This document shows positions 9,001 to 18,446 of a stretch of DNA of 59,689 nucleotides, one piece after another. The notes under the pieces are model-generated. The model made no database searches. It saw only the letters and a list, made by a program, of their open reading frames with translations, and had not been told where the DNA came from. Location: contig JAPPJI010000004.1 of assembly GCA_028820405.1 (NCBI GenBank), forward strand, positions 1 to 59,689, read 5' to 3'. Made by a program: the position numbers and the translations under genes. Position 1 is the first letter of the stretch, and the number at the start of each line of letters is the position of its first letter. This DNA comes from Candidatus Kaiserbacteria bacterium. Its GTDB lineage: Bacteria; Patescibacteriota; Minisyncoccia; Phycocordibacterales; JABAAK01.

Positions 9001-11974
9001 TGTTCCGGCGACCCCCGATCCCGAACAACCTGGACCGCAGCCACCAACAGACACATGCCCGCTGCCATCAATATCTTTTGTTACCAAGACACCGGCAGTG
9101 AGGGAATCAGAGATGAATCGCACGATACGATTTGGTGTTCGGACTGACGTTTCAGGGCTAGAGACAAGATGCATCCCCACGTCAATATCCCTCTATTGTA
9201 AGGCGGTCGGCAGTGATGTGGAGATATTCCCGTCAGGGTCCCGTACGGCTGTTCCGGTTCGGACGCAGGGGAGTGGTGAAGTTGCCGTTGCGGTTGAGGT
9301 GGTGAGGGGAAATGTTCGTGATGTTGTTGTTGAATGCGGTATTGATGGCGGACCGAAACAAACGTTCATTGTTCCCGGATCCTCTCCTCAGGACCCTGCC
9401 ACCGATGCGTGTGTGATTCCAAGACTGGGCAGTATTGTTTCAGGTCAGTCTCTCTGTGCCGGTGGGTGGGCGATGTCAGGCGGTGTGAATGTGAGGATTA
9501 TCGGAGGTGATGCTACGTATGTTTGGAGTTGTACGGATGGTTCCGGGAATAGTCAAGAGTGTAAGCATGGGGTGAGAGAGGATGTTCCCGTTGAGCTGCG
9601 AGGGTATTACAAGATAGTAAATCATTCCGGTCCTGGTCGCGTTGATGTCGGACCTGAGCTGGTTCTGCAAAAAAATCAATCGACGCAGCTCTTTTTGCGT
9701 GCGTCTACGTTAGACGGAAGTCGGTTTGGGTTTGACATAAGGGACGTGAAGATAAGTTGCTACTATGAAAAGACAGAATCTGATCAGAGAGAATTCGTAT
9801 TTCCTGTAGGACCCGGAGGACCGGCTGTTTTTGTTACAATTCCTGCCGGCAGCAGTGAGAGCGCAGAGGTGCCTACTACTATTAAAGGTGCGGAACATCT
9901 GCAAGGATCTGACCTGACCTGTCGTATTGAGTTACACGGCAACAGCAATAATATCTACAATCCATCAGGCGGTGACATTGTTGTGGCAATTAATGGCGGT
10001 AAACGAGGAATTGGGGAATTTGAGCAATGCTGGATTGTGTTTTATGACAAGAGGGGGGCGGGAGGTATTCCGGACATCAATCCGGTAATCTCTGATGAGG
10101 GTGATTGCTACTACTATGTACAGAGGTGTGGCGGTCAAAGTTCAAGTGTGCCGAGAGATGGGATTGGAATCACGAGAACAATAGATAATTGTTACACCAT
10201 CGATCAGGTAAGAAAAATAGGAGCGTACATAAAGATCGGAGATCAGCCGTTGACTTGTGGGTGTCCGGGTAGAGGTTGTCAAAACTATGTTCCGCGAAAA
10301 ACAGATGGCAGTGCACAACTGTTTGATCCGGTTTCTGTTAATAATTTGATCAGGAACTACTTCTCGATACTGCATCCAGACTACCAAAACTCAATGGGCT
10401 GCACTCAGTTCAGGAGTGCGTATGCGAAAGGTAGCGGAGACTTTGACGGGAAGGACGGAGAAATAGCATATCCGTTTATCCCGGGTTCAGAACTGTACGG
10501 ATTTGTTTCGGAATCACCCACAGATTCTGGTTTCCGTCGACATTTCAGCAAACCAAGAACAGCACGAGCTATTTTTGACCGGCTGAGAACAAATGCGTTG
10601 CGGAATCCGTTTATGCATGGATTTGTCAAAGACCTTGAAGGATTTAGTGTTACCAGTACCGGTGACGATTCCTGTAACTTTAAAAAGAATGGTCAAACGG
10701 CAGCGATAGGTGCTGTTAATAGAAATCCAGATACCCAAGCAGTCTTTTCTTGCACAAATAGTATTGTGGGTCGTCAAGAAGGAGGTTATGCGTTCCCTGC
10801 ACAGATCGCATACTTTACTGAGCACAGAGGCGATACGGTTGGCGGCACAGAAGATGGAGAAGGATACGTTCTTGATGATTTGGTAATGGCAGTTTCTTTT
10901 GTTGAAAAGATTCGCGAGGGATCCGGTAGCAGCGGATTCTCGGTAGATAACCTACATATTAAGTGCTATGACAAAGAAATTGGCAGGAGTCCGGAATTAA
11001 TTTTTGATTCAAAGTATTCAGAAGGAGGGTTTGGGGTGAGTTATTTTGTTAAACATGACACAAAAAGATTAGGGTCGCCACACCTGGCATGGCTTGATTT
11101 ATATTCAGGATCATACTTTACTGAATACTGGAGAGACTTGTATTTTGGAGAAGTGAATAGGAAGAGTTTGTACTATCGGTACGCAGAGGTTATAGATGCT
11201 GTGATGTATGATTCCCTAAACAGAGCCGGGTTTATTGAACTATACTTGGGTGCTGGCACAAAAGAAGGTACGCCTAGATATGGGTATCATAAGCACAACA
11301 CGAAAGATCGTGACAGGGCCATTGTCCCAAGAATTTTTAATGCATTCATCCAGGGTTTGATTGATCCTGATGACCTTGATGAAGGTCCCGACTACTTTGA
11401 CCCGTTGGATCTGGTAACATCAACAGTGTTAACCGGAACTCCTCTTTTTGATACTTTTACCAAATTATTGCAGAATAAAAAGTCAATTAACAGTTACCCG
11501 TTGAGTAAAAACTATCTTATTTTACTCAACGGTTCGTGGAGAAATGATCGTTCATTGAAAAAACGGGATGTTATTGGCAGGAACATCTTTAACAGAACCC
11601 ACGCCGTGTTTGTTACCATACCAAGGAGTAAGTTTGGAAATAATGCGAAGTATATAGAAGGATCGTCTGCTATTCAATGTAGTTTGATACCAAATGGGTA
11701 TCATGTGTATGAAGACTATAACCACGGTATGTATGCAAATGTTCATTTCAACCTGGAACAGGTAGTATCACCACAAAATCAGAGTGCTGGCGGGACATCA
11801 GATAATCAACCCGTTTGTCCGGTACAGGTTAGTAATCACGATCTAGAAAACGAAGCAGATTGTTGCGAGATTCTTTTTGGTGGAGATACTGATCCTGATG
11901 ACAGTACGGGATGTCGACGGGTGATAGATACGTGGATAGAGTCGCAGCGAAATGGTTTGGGGGGGGGTAGGTAA
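6041..11974 (+). CDS. Giant secreted Cys-rich surface protein with tandem Calx-beta/Ig-like modules (N-terminal part)
   Basis: 1977 aa, signal peptide, repeated ~120-aa modules starting P.(V/I)S(I/L) with two Cys each; small Cys-rich repeats; ends just after a G9 tract. Confidence 0.8.
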   Translation: MHLSVSFLQKNFLFFIPLLWFLLLPTVFGQTSVTQVSLQAYLLAGDTNIPLPSNNSTIHPGDRVLLVLNATPAPQQQIAPHLQCDLTSLDGTKRTIVDSARKFPQSRQVTMNIDARSGSGEVVCRVSVGSDASAGYVIGTPTHTFLVEAKPAVSITPYGRVKEGKQPARFLIEVVDIIKGISVDVGYACSRNGNRIIERSGQGAPTFTDTNRRRTIEVPVNESDGDGDIVCTIHESSAYRIVRGSATVAVDEDIPLVSLDTKDRVDQVNERDARIVFSVQLNKPAPRGGLTIDLSCRGSGFSGNLLDIPLGNRVVQSGRKLLAFPVNFSHVHVAHNRSSASITCSLKKSALYDVNSQKRSKRVQVQAKPLVSLTALPGVSSVYAGSEAVFKLSGAYLTSSLLVSLSCTHNKVPINIGSSTLLSKQQPARFVTIPTNQLEEGPITCSVSDNPEYNVENRKAEIRVLKASAIPVVSIDPDVSPVTMTFAGSKPSSGGSANIGFVVRAQSSGAAGADSVFVDLSCGLGTRGSAGESALRRRETISVPINDPRGHTVSISLTRLPFRGTFVYCRLEEYGEGNKGSLFQVGTSRSAEVAVNPLPAVSLQTNKTTALSVNDIVEVQLHSFYTEGLSGPVPISWNCSFPSDDVRVRRVAVKGQQEVGSYGGRAVVTNSPGLTVVGRFLVVGLGSSPGRGSVACSLEPQTDSDIVYLDDTFALAVTSPPALSIHAVVNGPVYTDGIARFSVRSNAASAADISARVSCRYGSGGAVRTSLANSGGFALIRSGLRSTDFTVDLRLGHRQQSQVVCSLQPGGDYAVIGRQASVTLTQPSDRPIISITPRDPVIGKENGRFQNAVFVINGTRIPAGGVTVGLKCQTQDLFVRDFQKTVDLSPGYSSVARVVSIQRLHVSPGYIACALRPSENRQYDIRGSLSEALVTVEYEEGICGPTGYSCESGKQYWVEGYYGPNTSALKCLGVGGGVDSAVCLDDIVPATPDPEQPGPQPPTDTCPLPSISFVTKTPAVRESEMNRTIRFGVRTDVSGLETRCIPTSISLYCKAVGSDVEIFPSGSRTAVPVRTQGSGEVAVAVEVVRGNVRDVVVECGIDGGPKQTFIVPGSSPQDPATDACVIPRLGSIVSGQSLCAGGWAMSGGVNVRIIGGDATYVWSCTDGSGNSQECKHGVREDVPVELRGYYKIVNHSGPGRVDVGPELVLQKNQSTQLFLRASTLDGSRFGFDIRDVKISCYYEKTESDQREFVFPVGPGGPAVFVTIPAGSSESAEVPTTIKGAEHLQGSDLTCRIELHGNSNNIYNPSGGDIVVAINGGKRGIGEFEQCWIVFYDKRGAGGIPDINPVISDEGDCYYYVQRCGGQSSSVPRDGIGITRTIDNCYTIDQVRKIGAYIKIGDQPLTCGCPGRGCQNYVPRKTDGSAQLFDPVSVNNLIRNYFSILHPDYQNSMGCTQFRSAYAKGSGDFDGKDGEIAYPFIPGSELYGFVSESPTDSGFRRHFSKPRTARAIFDRLRTNALRNPFMHGFVKDLEGFSVTSTGDDSCNFKKNGQTAAIGAVNRNPDTQAVFSCTNSIVGRQEGGYAFPAQIAYFTEHRGDTVGGTEDGEGYVLDDLVMAVSFVEKIREGSGSSGFSVDNLHIKCYDKEIGRSPELIFDSKYSEGGFGVSYFVKHDTKRLGSPHLAWLDLYSGSYFTEYWRDLYFGEVNRKSLYYRYAEVIDAVMYDSLNRAGFIELYLGAGTKEGTPRYGYHKHNTKDRDRAIVPRIFNAFIQGLIDPDDLDEGPDYFDPLDLVTSTVLTGTPLFDTFTKLLQNKKSINSYPLSKNYLILLNGSWRNDRSLKKRDVIGRNIFNRTHAVFVTIPRSKFGNNAKYIEGSSAIQCSLIPNGYHVYEDYNHGMYANVHFNLEQVVSPQNQSAGGTSDNQPVCPVQVSNHDLENEADCCEILFGGDTDPDDSTGCRRVIDTWIESQRNGLGGGR

Positions 11975-12557
11975 TATCAGTACGGATCCTGCTATTGATC
12001 CGACAGATACCACCGCACCAACTATTACCGTCGCCCGTCCGTATGATATTTTGGCTAATCGTCCTGAAGGCAGGGTCTACCTCAGAGGTCTCTATGCGAC
12101 TGACGATGATGGTGATCCAACAACCTGGGTATATGTCAATGTGGCAAACGCTCAGTCCAAAACCAGTTGTGCGGCGAGTGATTTCAATTTGTCGATACCG
12201 TATACCGAAGCAGGCGGTCTCTCTTTCAACCCTGAGACGGACGGTAACAGCAAGGTCTGTTTTCGGTCAACAGATGCCAATGGTAACCATGGTTACGGGA
12301 TATCCGATCTCATCGGCAATACCGGTGATACGGAAATTCCTCGTAACAATTGTCCAAAATGGCTCGTTGACTACAATTCAGAAAACGGAGTTGATTGTTG
12401 CAGTGCCTATCAAGAGGCTGATCCCAGCGCTTTCTTTTATCAGGATACCGATCCTTCTACTGATGACACTGAGTGTGTCAGGATGATATGTGAGTACCTT
12501 AAAAAAGAAGAAACTTTTCTCAGTGAATTGCAGGCAGACTATTGGTGTTCAACATAA
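11952..12557 (+). CDS. Probable C-terminal part of the giant surface protein (+1 frame after G9 tract)
   Basis: DTTAPTI Ig-like module and a CP..EN..DCC..DTDP..DD..C.R.I motif that repeats the end of the upstream ORF. Confidence 0.7.
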   Translation: MVWGGVGNISTDPAIDPTDTTAPTITVARPYDILANRPEGRVYLRGLYATDDDGDPTTWVYVNVANAQSKTSCAASDFNLSIPYTEAGGLSFNPETDGNSKVCFRSTDANGNHGYGISDLIGNTGDTEIPRNNCPKWLVDYNSENGVDCCSAYQEADPSAFFYQDTDPSTDDTECVRMICEYLKKEETFLSELQADYWCST

Positions 12558-12568
12558 TTGTTTCTCAG

Positions 12569-12652
12569 TGCCCAGGAGAGGACTTGAACCTCCACAGGAT
12601 TGCTCCCATACGCTCCTGAAGCGTACGCGTCTACCAATTTCGCCACCTGGGC
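12569..12652 (-). tRNA. tRNA-Leu(CAG)
   Basis: Reverse complement GCCCAGG...TACGC-TT CAG GA-GCGTA, long variable arm, GGTTCAAGTCC, CCTGGGCA. Confidence 0.96.
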
Positions 12653-12673
12653 AATTACTTGAAGTATATCGTA

Positions 12674-13126
12674 TTACGCCGTTTCCTCCTGTGCTTCTGA
12701 CTCTTCTGTTGCTGTTGATTCTTTTTCCTCCGGCTTCTCTTCGACAGATGGTTCGGTGCCGATGCCAAGACTGAGTACCCGCCGGAGTTTCTCTCGCACC
12801 TGTCGCGGTGTCTTGTCCCTCAGGAAGTAGATCTTTGACCGCCTTGTTTTTGTTTCTCGGGACACCTCAATCTTTTCTATGGTCGGTGAGTAGAGGGGGA
12901 ATATTTTTTCGACCGCAATACCGTCTGATCCGACCCTTCGAACGGTGAACGTTGCCCCTGGTTCGGTGCCGTGTTTTCGTGCGATAACGACTCCTTCAAA
13001 TACCTGACTTCGCTTCTTGTCTCCTTCGACGATTTTTTGATGAACACGCACCGTATTACCTGCTGAAAGTCGCAGGGTTTTTCGCTCTTCCAGGTCTTTC
13101 GATATTGCGTAGTCGGCTGTTGTCAT
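12674..13126 (-). CDS. rplS: 50S ribosomal protein L19
   Basis: GNTVRVH..IVEGDKKR.QVFEG, FTVRR, VEKIFPLYSP, RRSKIYFLR; acidic C-terminal tail. Confidence 0.97.
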   Translation of the reverse strand: MTTADYAISKDLEERKTLRLSAGNTVRVHQKIVEGDKKRSQVFEGVVIARKHGTEPGATFTVRRVGSDGIAVEKIFPLYSPTIEKIEVSRETKTRRSKIYFLRDKTPRQVREKLRRVLSLGIGTEPSVEEKPEEKESTATEESEAQEETA

Positions 13127-13283
13127 AGGTATGCATACTAACGTATAGCAGAGTTTTCCGCAATTTTATTTGGTGAATTCTCATTAGAAGCACACATCAC
13201 ATTGGATAGAGAGGGTGGGGGGTTTTGCAGTGCAAGTTCTCACAAGGTAGGAACAGGCAAGCATGTCTGATAATGAGAGTTTG

Positions 13284-13406
13284 AAAAACCCGCATAAAAC
13301 AAGGATTTTATTCCCATGCACAAATTTTTGTATGCATAAGAATCTAAAAAACCCGCATAAAACAAGGATTTTATTCCCATGCACAAATTTTTATATGCAT
13401 GGGAAT
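13284..13406 (+). repeat. Two-copy 63-bp tandem direct repeat with internal palindrome
   Basis: AAAAACCCGCATAAAACAAGGATTTTATTCCCATGCACAAATTTTT at 13284 and 13347; copy 2 has the IR ATTCCCATGCA...TGCATGGGAAT. Confidence 0.9.
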
Positions 13407-13436
13407 CCGGACCACTCCTACTCTTAAGCACCTCTC

Positions 13437-14891
13437 TTATTTAGGTTTGGACATCGTTTTGCCCTTTATTTCGAAAGATGTCTTGAAATCAGGCAAAACG
13501 TAATACGTATACCGCTTGCTTTTTCCTCGGGTAATTTTTCGTAAAAGCCCTTTTTTATGCCATTCCTTCAGCATGCTTGACATTTCGTTTCTTTGTGTAA
13601 TCCCGGTAATCTCCCTCGCTGTTTCATTTTTTATATAATCTTTTTTCTCCAAATATTCCTTCACCCGCTCCCATTCGCTCGGTGCCTCTTCATTACTTAA
13701 GATTAGTTTGACAGAATTTTCTATGTCAGGGTGTGTCACAAAACTCGGCATATACAGGTTCTTCTTCTTCATTTCACTACGCATTGCCTTAACGCCTTCA
13801 TTCATATCAAGGTTTGGCGGATTCGGAAATTCACGTAATGTTTTTACCATCAGATCATTTCTGTACCTTGACGCTCGGTCAATGCCTATGTTTTTCTTCG
13901 TAATGTTAAATGGAAACAGTCCCGGACTCAAAATCTCAACCCTATCACCGAACACTTTGATTTCTATGTCTTATTTTGTGTAATAATCTCGATGTATCAC
14001 TGCATTTGTGATCCCTTCCTTCACCGCCCTTTCTGGCAATTTAAATGTTGTTCTGAAACCGGAAGATATTTCAACCCCTCCACTCAAAAGGTCTAACACA
14101 TACTCCTGTGCCTCTGCTATCATCTTATGAACAGGACCTTGTACAAGTTTGGGGACTTTGAAAAAATTTGGTGTTTCATGATATTCCTCCTCGTTGCCGT
14201 GATATGTCATGATTTTAATAGCACACTTCATGTCAGTGAGATGGGTTGGGTGTTCAGCAAATAATAACACTGCTGCTCTTGTCGGCTTCAAAACACCATC
14301 GTCTTCTCGGACCAAGCCCTTTGATCGGAGAACGTGCTCAATACCTTTATTTTCAGGATCCAGACCTCCTCTTTCTTTCCAGGTTCGGTAATGCTCTGTA
14401 TCCAATAAATCAATCTTAACATCATCAACCAACTCTTTGTCAGCCATCCTAAAACCTTTCGCATAATCAAATTGAAGAATCTCATGCGGTGTCAATTTCT
14501 TATTGCTTTTTTGTAGACGGATCCAAACTTCATCACTAACTGTGTGGAAAGAGTCAGTAGATTTCTGGATGGTTAACAGCACAACCGTTTTTTCTCCGCA
14601 ACTGATTTCAGAAAACTCTATGCTTACCGGAAGTCTTATGCTCCTCAATTGTTGGTGTATCTCATCAAAGTTTTCTTTGTTCTCTTCAATGCCAAAAACT
14701 CTTTCCACACCCTTCATCTTTGTCTTCTCAGGGTCATCAATGCCCAGGATAATAACACCACCATCAGTGTTTGCCATAGCAGCAACAGTTTGAATAACCC
14801 TTTTGACAACGCCGTCGCCGTCAATTCGCTTGAACTCAATGTCTTTTGTTTCTTCAGGGATGTTCAGTATTTTTTCCAGTATTTTTTCCAT
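13437..14891 (-). pseudogene. AlbA_2 (Schlafen-like) + HATPase-like + wHTH protein interrupted by an in-frame TAA
   Basis: EFKR..AMANTDGGVIILGIDD; EGITNAVIHRDY; YYTK*DIEIKVFGDRVEILSPG reads in one frame across the TAA at 13971-13973. Confidence 0.85.
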
Positions 14892-15021
14892 AATTTTCCA
14901 TACACAATCATAATCAGTATACCGTGTGTCGTGGCCTGGGGAGACTGCATCAGCAATCTCTTATTTTGTAAAGGGTAGGCTGCCTCGCAATCTGCCCCTG
15001 GTGTGCGGTATACTTGAGGTG

Positions 15022-16035
15022 ATGCCTACAGAAGCGACTCTTGGAAACAGTACAGGGAATACGGAGCCGCTTCTCTCCGAGAACAAAGACCGATTCGTTC
15101 TTTTTCCCATTGAACACGACGACATTTGGGATTTTTATCGGCGTGCAGTTGCAAACTTTTGGGTACCGGAGGAAGTAAACTTTTCAGATGACATTGAACA
15201 CTGGAACAATCGATTGAATGATGACGAGCGTCATTTCATCAAGCATGTCCTTGCGTTCTTTGCTGCGTCCGACGGGATTGTAAACGAAAATCTTGCTGAA
15301 GATTTTCTCTCACAAGTGCAGTACACCGAAGCAAAATTCTTTTACGGCTTCCAGGTTGCGGTTGAGAATATTCACTCGCACACGTACTCACTCTTCATTG
15401 ACACCTATGTAAATGACAAGAAGGAGCAGGATCATCTTTTGCACGCAATTGAAACGATTCCGTCGGTTAAAAAGAAGGCGGACTGGGCGCTTCGATGGGT
15501 TGAGCAGGGAAGTTTTGTCGAACGACTCATCGCATTTGCAGTTGTTGAGGGTATTTTTTTCTCCGGCAGTTTCTGTTCCATCTTCTGGCTGAAGCATCGG
15601 GGTCTCATGCCCGGTCTCTCGTTCGCCAACCAGCTTATTTCCCGGGATGAAGGACTGCATCGGGACTTTGCGTGTCTTCTGTACCGTAACCACATTGTTG
15701 AGCAGATGCCGAAGGAGACACTCTACGGCATTATCAAAGAAGCCGTCGCATTTGAAAAAGAATTCATCACTGAATCATTGCCGGTTCGACTCATTGGTAT
15801 GAATGCTGACAGTATGTCCACATACATCGAGTACGTGACCGATCACCTCCTCGTTGAGCTCGGACTGCCAAAAATGTTCAACGTAAAAAACCCGTTTGAT
15901 TTTATGGATATGATTTCTCTTGAAGGAAAAACCAACTTTTTCGAACGACGGGTGTCAGAGTATCAGAAGTCGGGTGTTGCGACCGGCGGTGTGACCGCCG
16001 ATCACAGCGACTTCACTCTCGATCAGGATTTCTAG
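15022..16035 (+). CDS. nrdB: Class Ia ribonucleotide reductase beta subunit
   Basis: [19 protein letters not shown] radical Tyr, [25 protein letters not shown]. Confidence 0.96.
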   Translation: MPTEATLGNSTGNTEPLLSENKDRFVLFPIEHDDIWDFYRRAVANFWVPEEVNFSDDIEHWNNRLNDDERHFIKHVLAFFAASDGIVNENLAEDFLSQVQYTEAKFFYGFQVAVENIHSHTYSLFIDTYVNDKKEQDHLLHAIETIPSVKKKADWALRWVEQGSFVERLIAFAVVEGIFFSGSFCSIFWLKHRGLMPGLSFANQLISRDEGLHRDFACLLYRNHIVEQMPKETLYGIIKEAVAFEKEFITESLPVRLIGMNADSMSTYIEYVTDHLLVELGLPKMFNVKNPFDFMDMISLEGKTNFFERRVSEYQKSGVATGGVTADHSDFTLDQDF

Positions 16036-16038
16036 CAT

Positions 16039-18411
16039 ATGTACGTTATTAAGCGGGATGGAAGCAGGGAGGAAGTTCGATTTGACGCTATCGTTGAGCG
16101 TATCACCGCACTGACCAATGGATTGGATACCGCCTTTATTGATCCGACAGAAATTGCCCAGCGTGTTGTTGACGGACTCCATGACGGTATCACAACTGCC
16201 GAGCTCGACATCCTTGCGGCTCAAACCTGCGCGTCACTTGCAACGGTGCACCCTGATTTTGCAAAATTGGCAGCCCGTATTACCGTTTCAAACCTGCACA
16301 AGAATACCGATGCATCGTTCACAGAAACGGTGAAAAAGTTGCATGCATACATTGAGCCGAGAACGGGTCTTCATGCACCGTTTGTCTCAGACGAACTCTT
16401 GCATATAGTCACGATGCATGGGGACAAGATTGATGCTGAGATTGACCACGATCGCGATTACGAGTTCTTCGAATTCTTCGGTATCAAGACGCTTGAGAAG
16501 GGGTACCTCATGTCATTCGGCAGCAAGATCATCGAGCGGCCGCAACACCTATTTATGCGGGTTGCGCTCGGCATTCATGGTGACGATCTGTCGACCGCAT
16601 TTGAGACGTACCGCCACCTTTCCAAAAAGGACTTCACGCATGCAACGCCGACACTGTTTAACGCGGGGACACCGATTCCGCAGATGAGCTCCTGCTTTCT
16701 CGTCGCGATGTCGGATGACAGTATCAAAGGTATCTACAAGACACTTTCCGACGTTGCACTTGTCTCTCAAAGTGCAGGCGGTCTCGGCATCAACGTGCAC
16801 AACGTTCGGGCAAAGGGAAGCTTCATCGCAGGATCAAGAGGTGTTTCAAACGGACTGGTGCCGATGCTGAAAAATTTCAACGAAACCGCTCGGTACGTTG
16901 ATCAGGGTGGTGGGAAGAGGAAGGGGGCATTTTGCATCTACCTTGAACCGTGGCATGCTGACGTGCTTGATTTTTTGGAACTCAGGAAGAATCACGGAGC
17001 GGAAGAGCTTCGTACCCGTGACCTCTTTCTCGCACTTTGGATCCCGGATGAGTTTATGCGGCGCGTTGAAGCGAACGAGTCATGGACACTGATGTGTCCT
17101 CGTGAGTGTCCGGGACTGCACACGTCGCACGGTGAAGCATTTGAAGAACTGTACCGGCGATATGAGCGTGAAGGGAGAGGGAAGAAGACCGTTCCGGCAC
17201 GGGAGATGTGGAGCAAGATTGTTGATGCACAGATTGAGACCGGAAATCCGTTCATGCTCTACAAAGATTCAGCAAATGCGAAGTCAAACCAACAGAACAT
17301 CGGAACCATTCGGAGCAGTAATCTGTGTACGGAGATTATTGAATACTCTGATGAAAAGGAGACTGCGGTGTGCAACCTCGCATCAGTCTGCCTCAACCAG
17401 TTTGTGCAAGATGACGGAACGTATGATTTCAAGCGGTTGCATGAGGTGGTCCGTGTCATGTGTCGAAATCTCAATCGGGTTATCGATCGGAACTACTACG
17501 TTGTGCCGGAGTCAAAATACTCAAACCTTCGGCACCGACCGATCGGTATCGGGGTACAGGGGCTGGCTGACACCTTTGCACTCATGAAACTTTCATTTGA
17601 TTCGCCGGAAGCACGTGAGCTTAATAAGCATATTTTTGAAACAATCTACCATGGTGCAGTTGCAATGTCGGTTGACCTTGCGAAGCAGGACGGGGCGTAC
17701 GAGACGTTCAAAGGATCCCCCGCATCGGAGGGGAAATTCCAGTTTGATCTCTGGAACACATTACCGGATTCCGGTCTGTGGGACTGGGAGTCGCTGCGGA
17801 AAGAAATGGTTGCACACGGACTGCGAAACTCGCTCCTCATTGCACCGATGCCGACTGCAACGACGGCACAGATTTTTGGCAACAATGAGTCTATTGAGCC
17901 GTTCACCTCAAATCTCTACGTGCGACGGGTGCTCTCCGGTGAATTCATTGTCATCAATAAACACCTGTTGAGAGATTTGCAAGAAGCCGGTGTGTGGAAC
18001 GAAGACCTCCGCCATAAACTTATCGCGTCTCGGGGGTCCGTACAAAATATTGAAGAGATTCCGGAAGTGCTGCGGCATCGATACCGAACTGTGTGGGAGA
18101 TACCGCAACGACATATTATTGACATGGCAGCAGAACGGGCTCCGTATATTTGCCAGAGTATGAGTTTGAATATTCACATGCGTGACGCAACGGCGGGCAA
18201 GCTGACAGCACTTCACTTTCATGCATGGAAGAGCGGTTTGAAAACGGGTATGTACTATTTGAGAAATACGCCGGCGGTAGAAGCAGTGCAGTTTACGGTG
18301 GATAAGACGAAGGTTGGGAAACGCGGTGGTGAGAAACAGCAGGAAGAAAAAGTCCCGGTGCAAGAAGAGAACGCGGATGATCCGAACATGTGTATTTCGT
18401 GTGGCAGCTAA
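16039..18411 (+). CDS. nrdA: Class Ia ribonucleotide reductase alpha subunit with N-terminal ATP cone
   Basis: VIKRDG ATP cone, HATPTLFNAG, SSCFL, SNLCTEI, KTGMYYLR, C-terminal CISCGS. Confidence 0.97.
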   Translation: MYVIKRDGSREEVRFDAIVERITALTNGLDTAFIDPTEIAQRVVDGLHDGITTAELDILAAQTCASLATVHPDFAKLAARITVSNLHKNTDASFTETVKKLHAYIEPRTGLHAPFVSDELLHIVTMHGDKIDAEIDHDRDYEFFEFFGIKTLEKGYLMSFGSKIIERPQHLFMRVALGIHGDDLSTAFETYRHLSKKDFTHATPTLFNAGTPIPQMSSCFLVAMSDDSIKGIYKTLSDVALVSQSAGGLGINVHNVRAKGSFIAGSRGVSNGLVPMLKNFNETARYVDQGGGKRKGAFCIYLEPWHADVLDFLELRKNHGAEELRTRDLFLALWIPDEFMRRVEANESWTLMCPRECPGLHTSHGEAFEELYRRYEREGRGKKTVPAREMWSKIVDAQIETGNPFMLYKDSANAKSNQQNIGTIRSSNLCTEIIEYSDEKETAVCNLASVCLNQFVQDDGTYDFKRLHEVVRVMCRNLNRVIDRNYYVVPESKYSNLRHRPIGIGVQGLADTFALMKLSFDSPEARELNKHIFETIYHGAVAMSVDLAKQDGAYETFKGSPASEGKFQFDLWNTLPDSGLWDWESLRKEMVAHGLRNSLLIAPMPTATTAQIFGNNESIEPFTSNLYVRRVLSGEFIVINKHLLRDLQEAGVWNEDLRHKLIASRGSVQNIEEIPEVLRHRYRTVWEIPQRHIIDMAAERAPYICQSMSLNIHMRDATAGKLTALHFHAWKSGLKTGMYYLRNTPAVEAVQFTVDKTKVGKRGGEKQQEEKVPVQEENADDPNMCISCGS

Positions 18412-18413
18412 AG

Positions 18414-18446
18414 AAAAACCACCGCACATCTGTGCGGTGGTTGTTT
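18414..18446. terminator. Bidirectional intrinsic terminator
   Basis: AACCACCGCACA-TC-TGTGCGGTGGTT between convergent genes, A-rich and T-rich flanks. Confidence 0.8.

Noticed and set aside
13284-13406. CRISPR array
   Set aside because: Only two copies, a ~54-nt conserved unit with ~9 nt between copies, no unique spacers and no cas genes.
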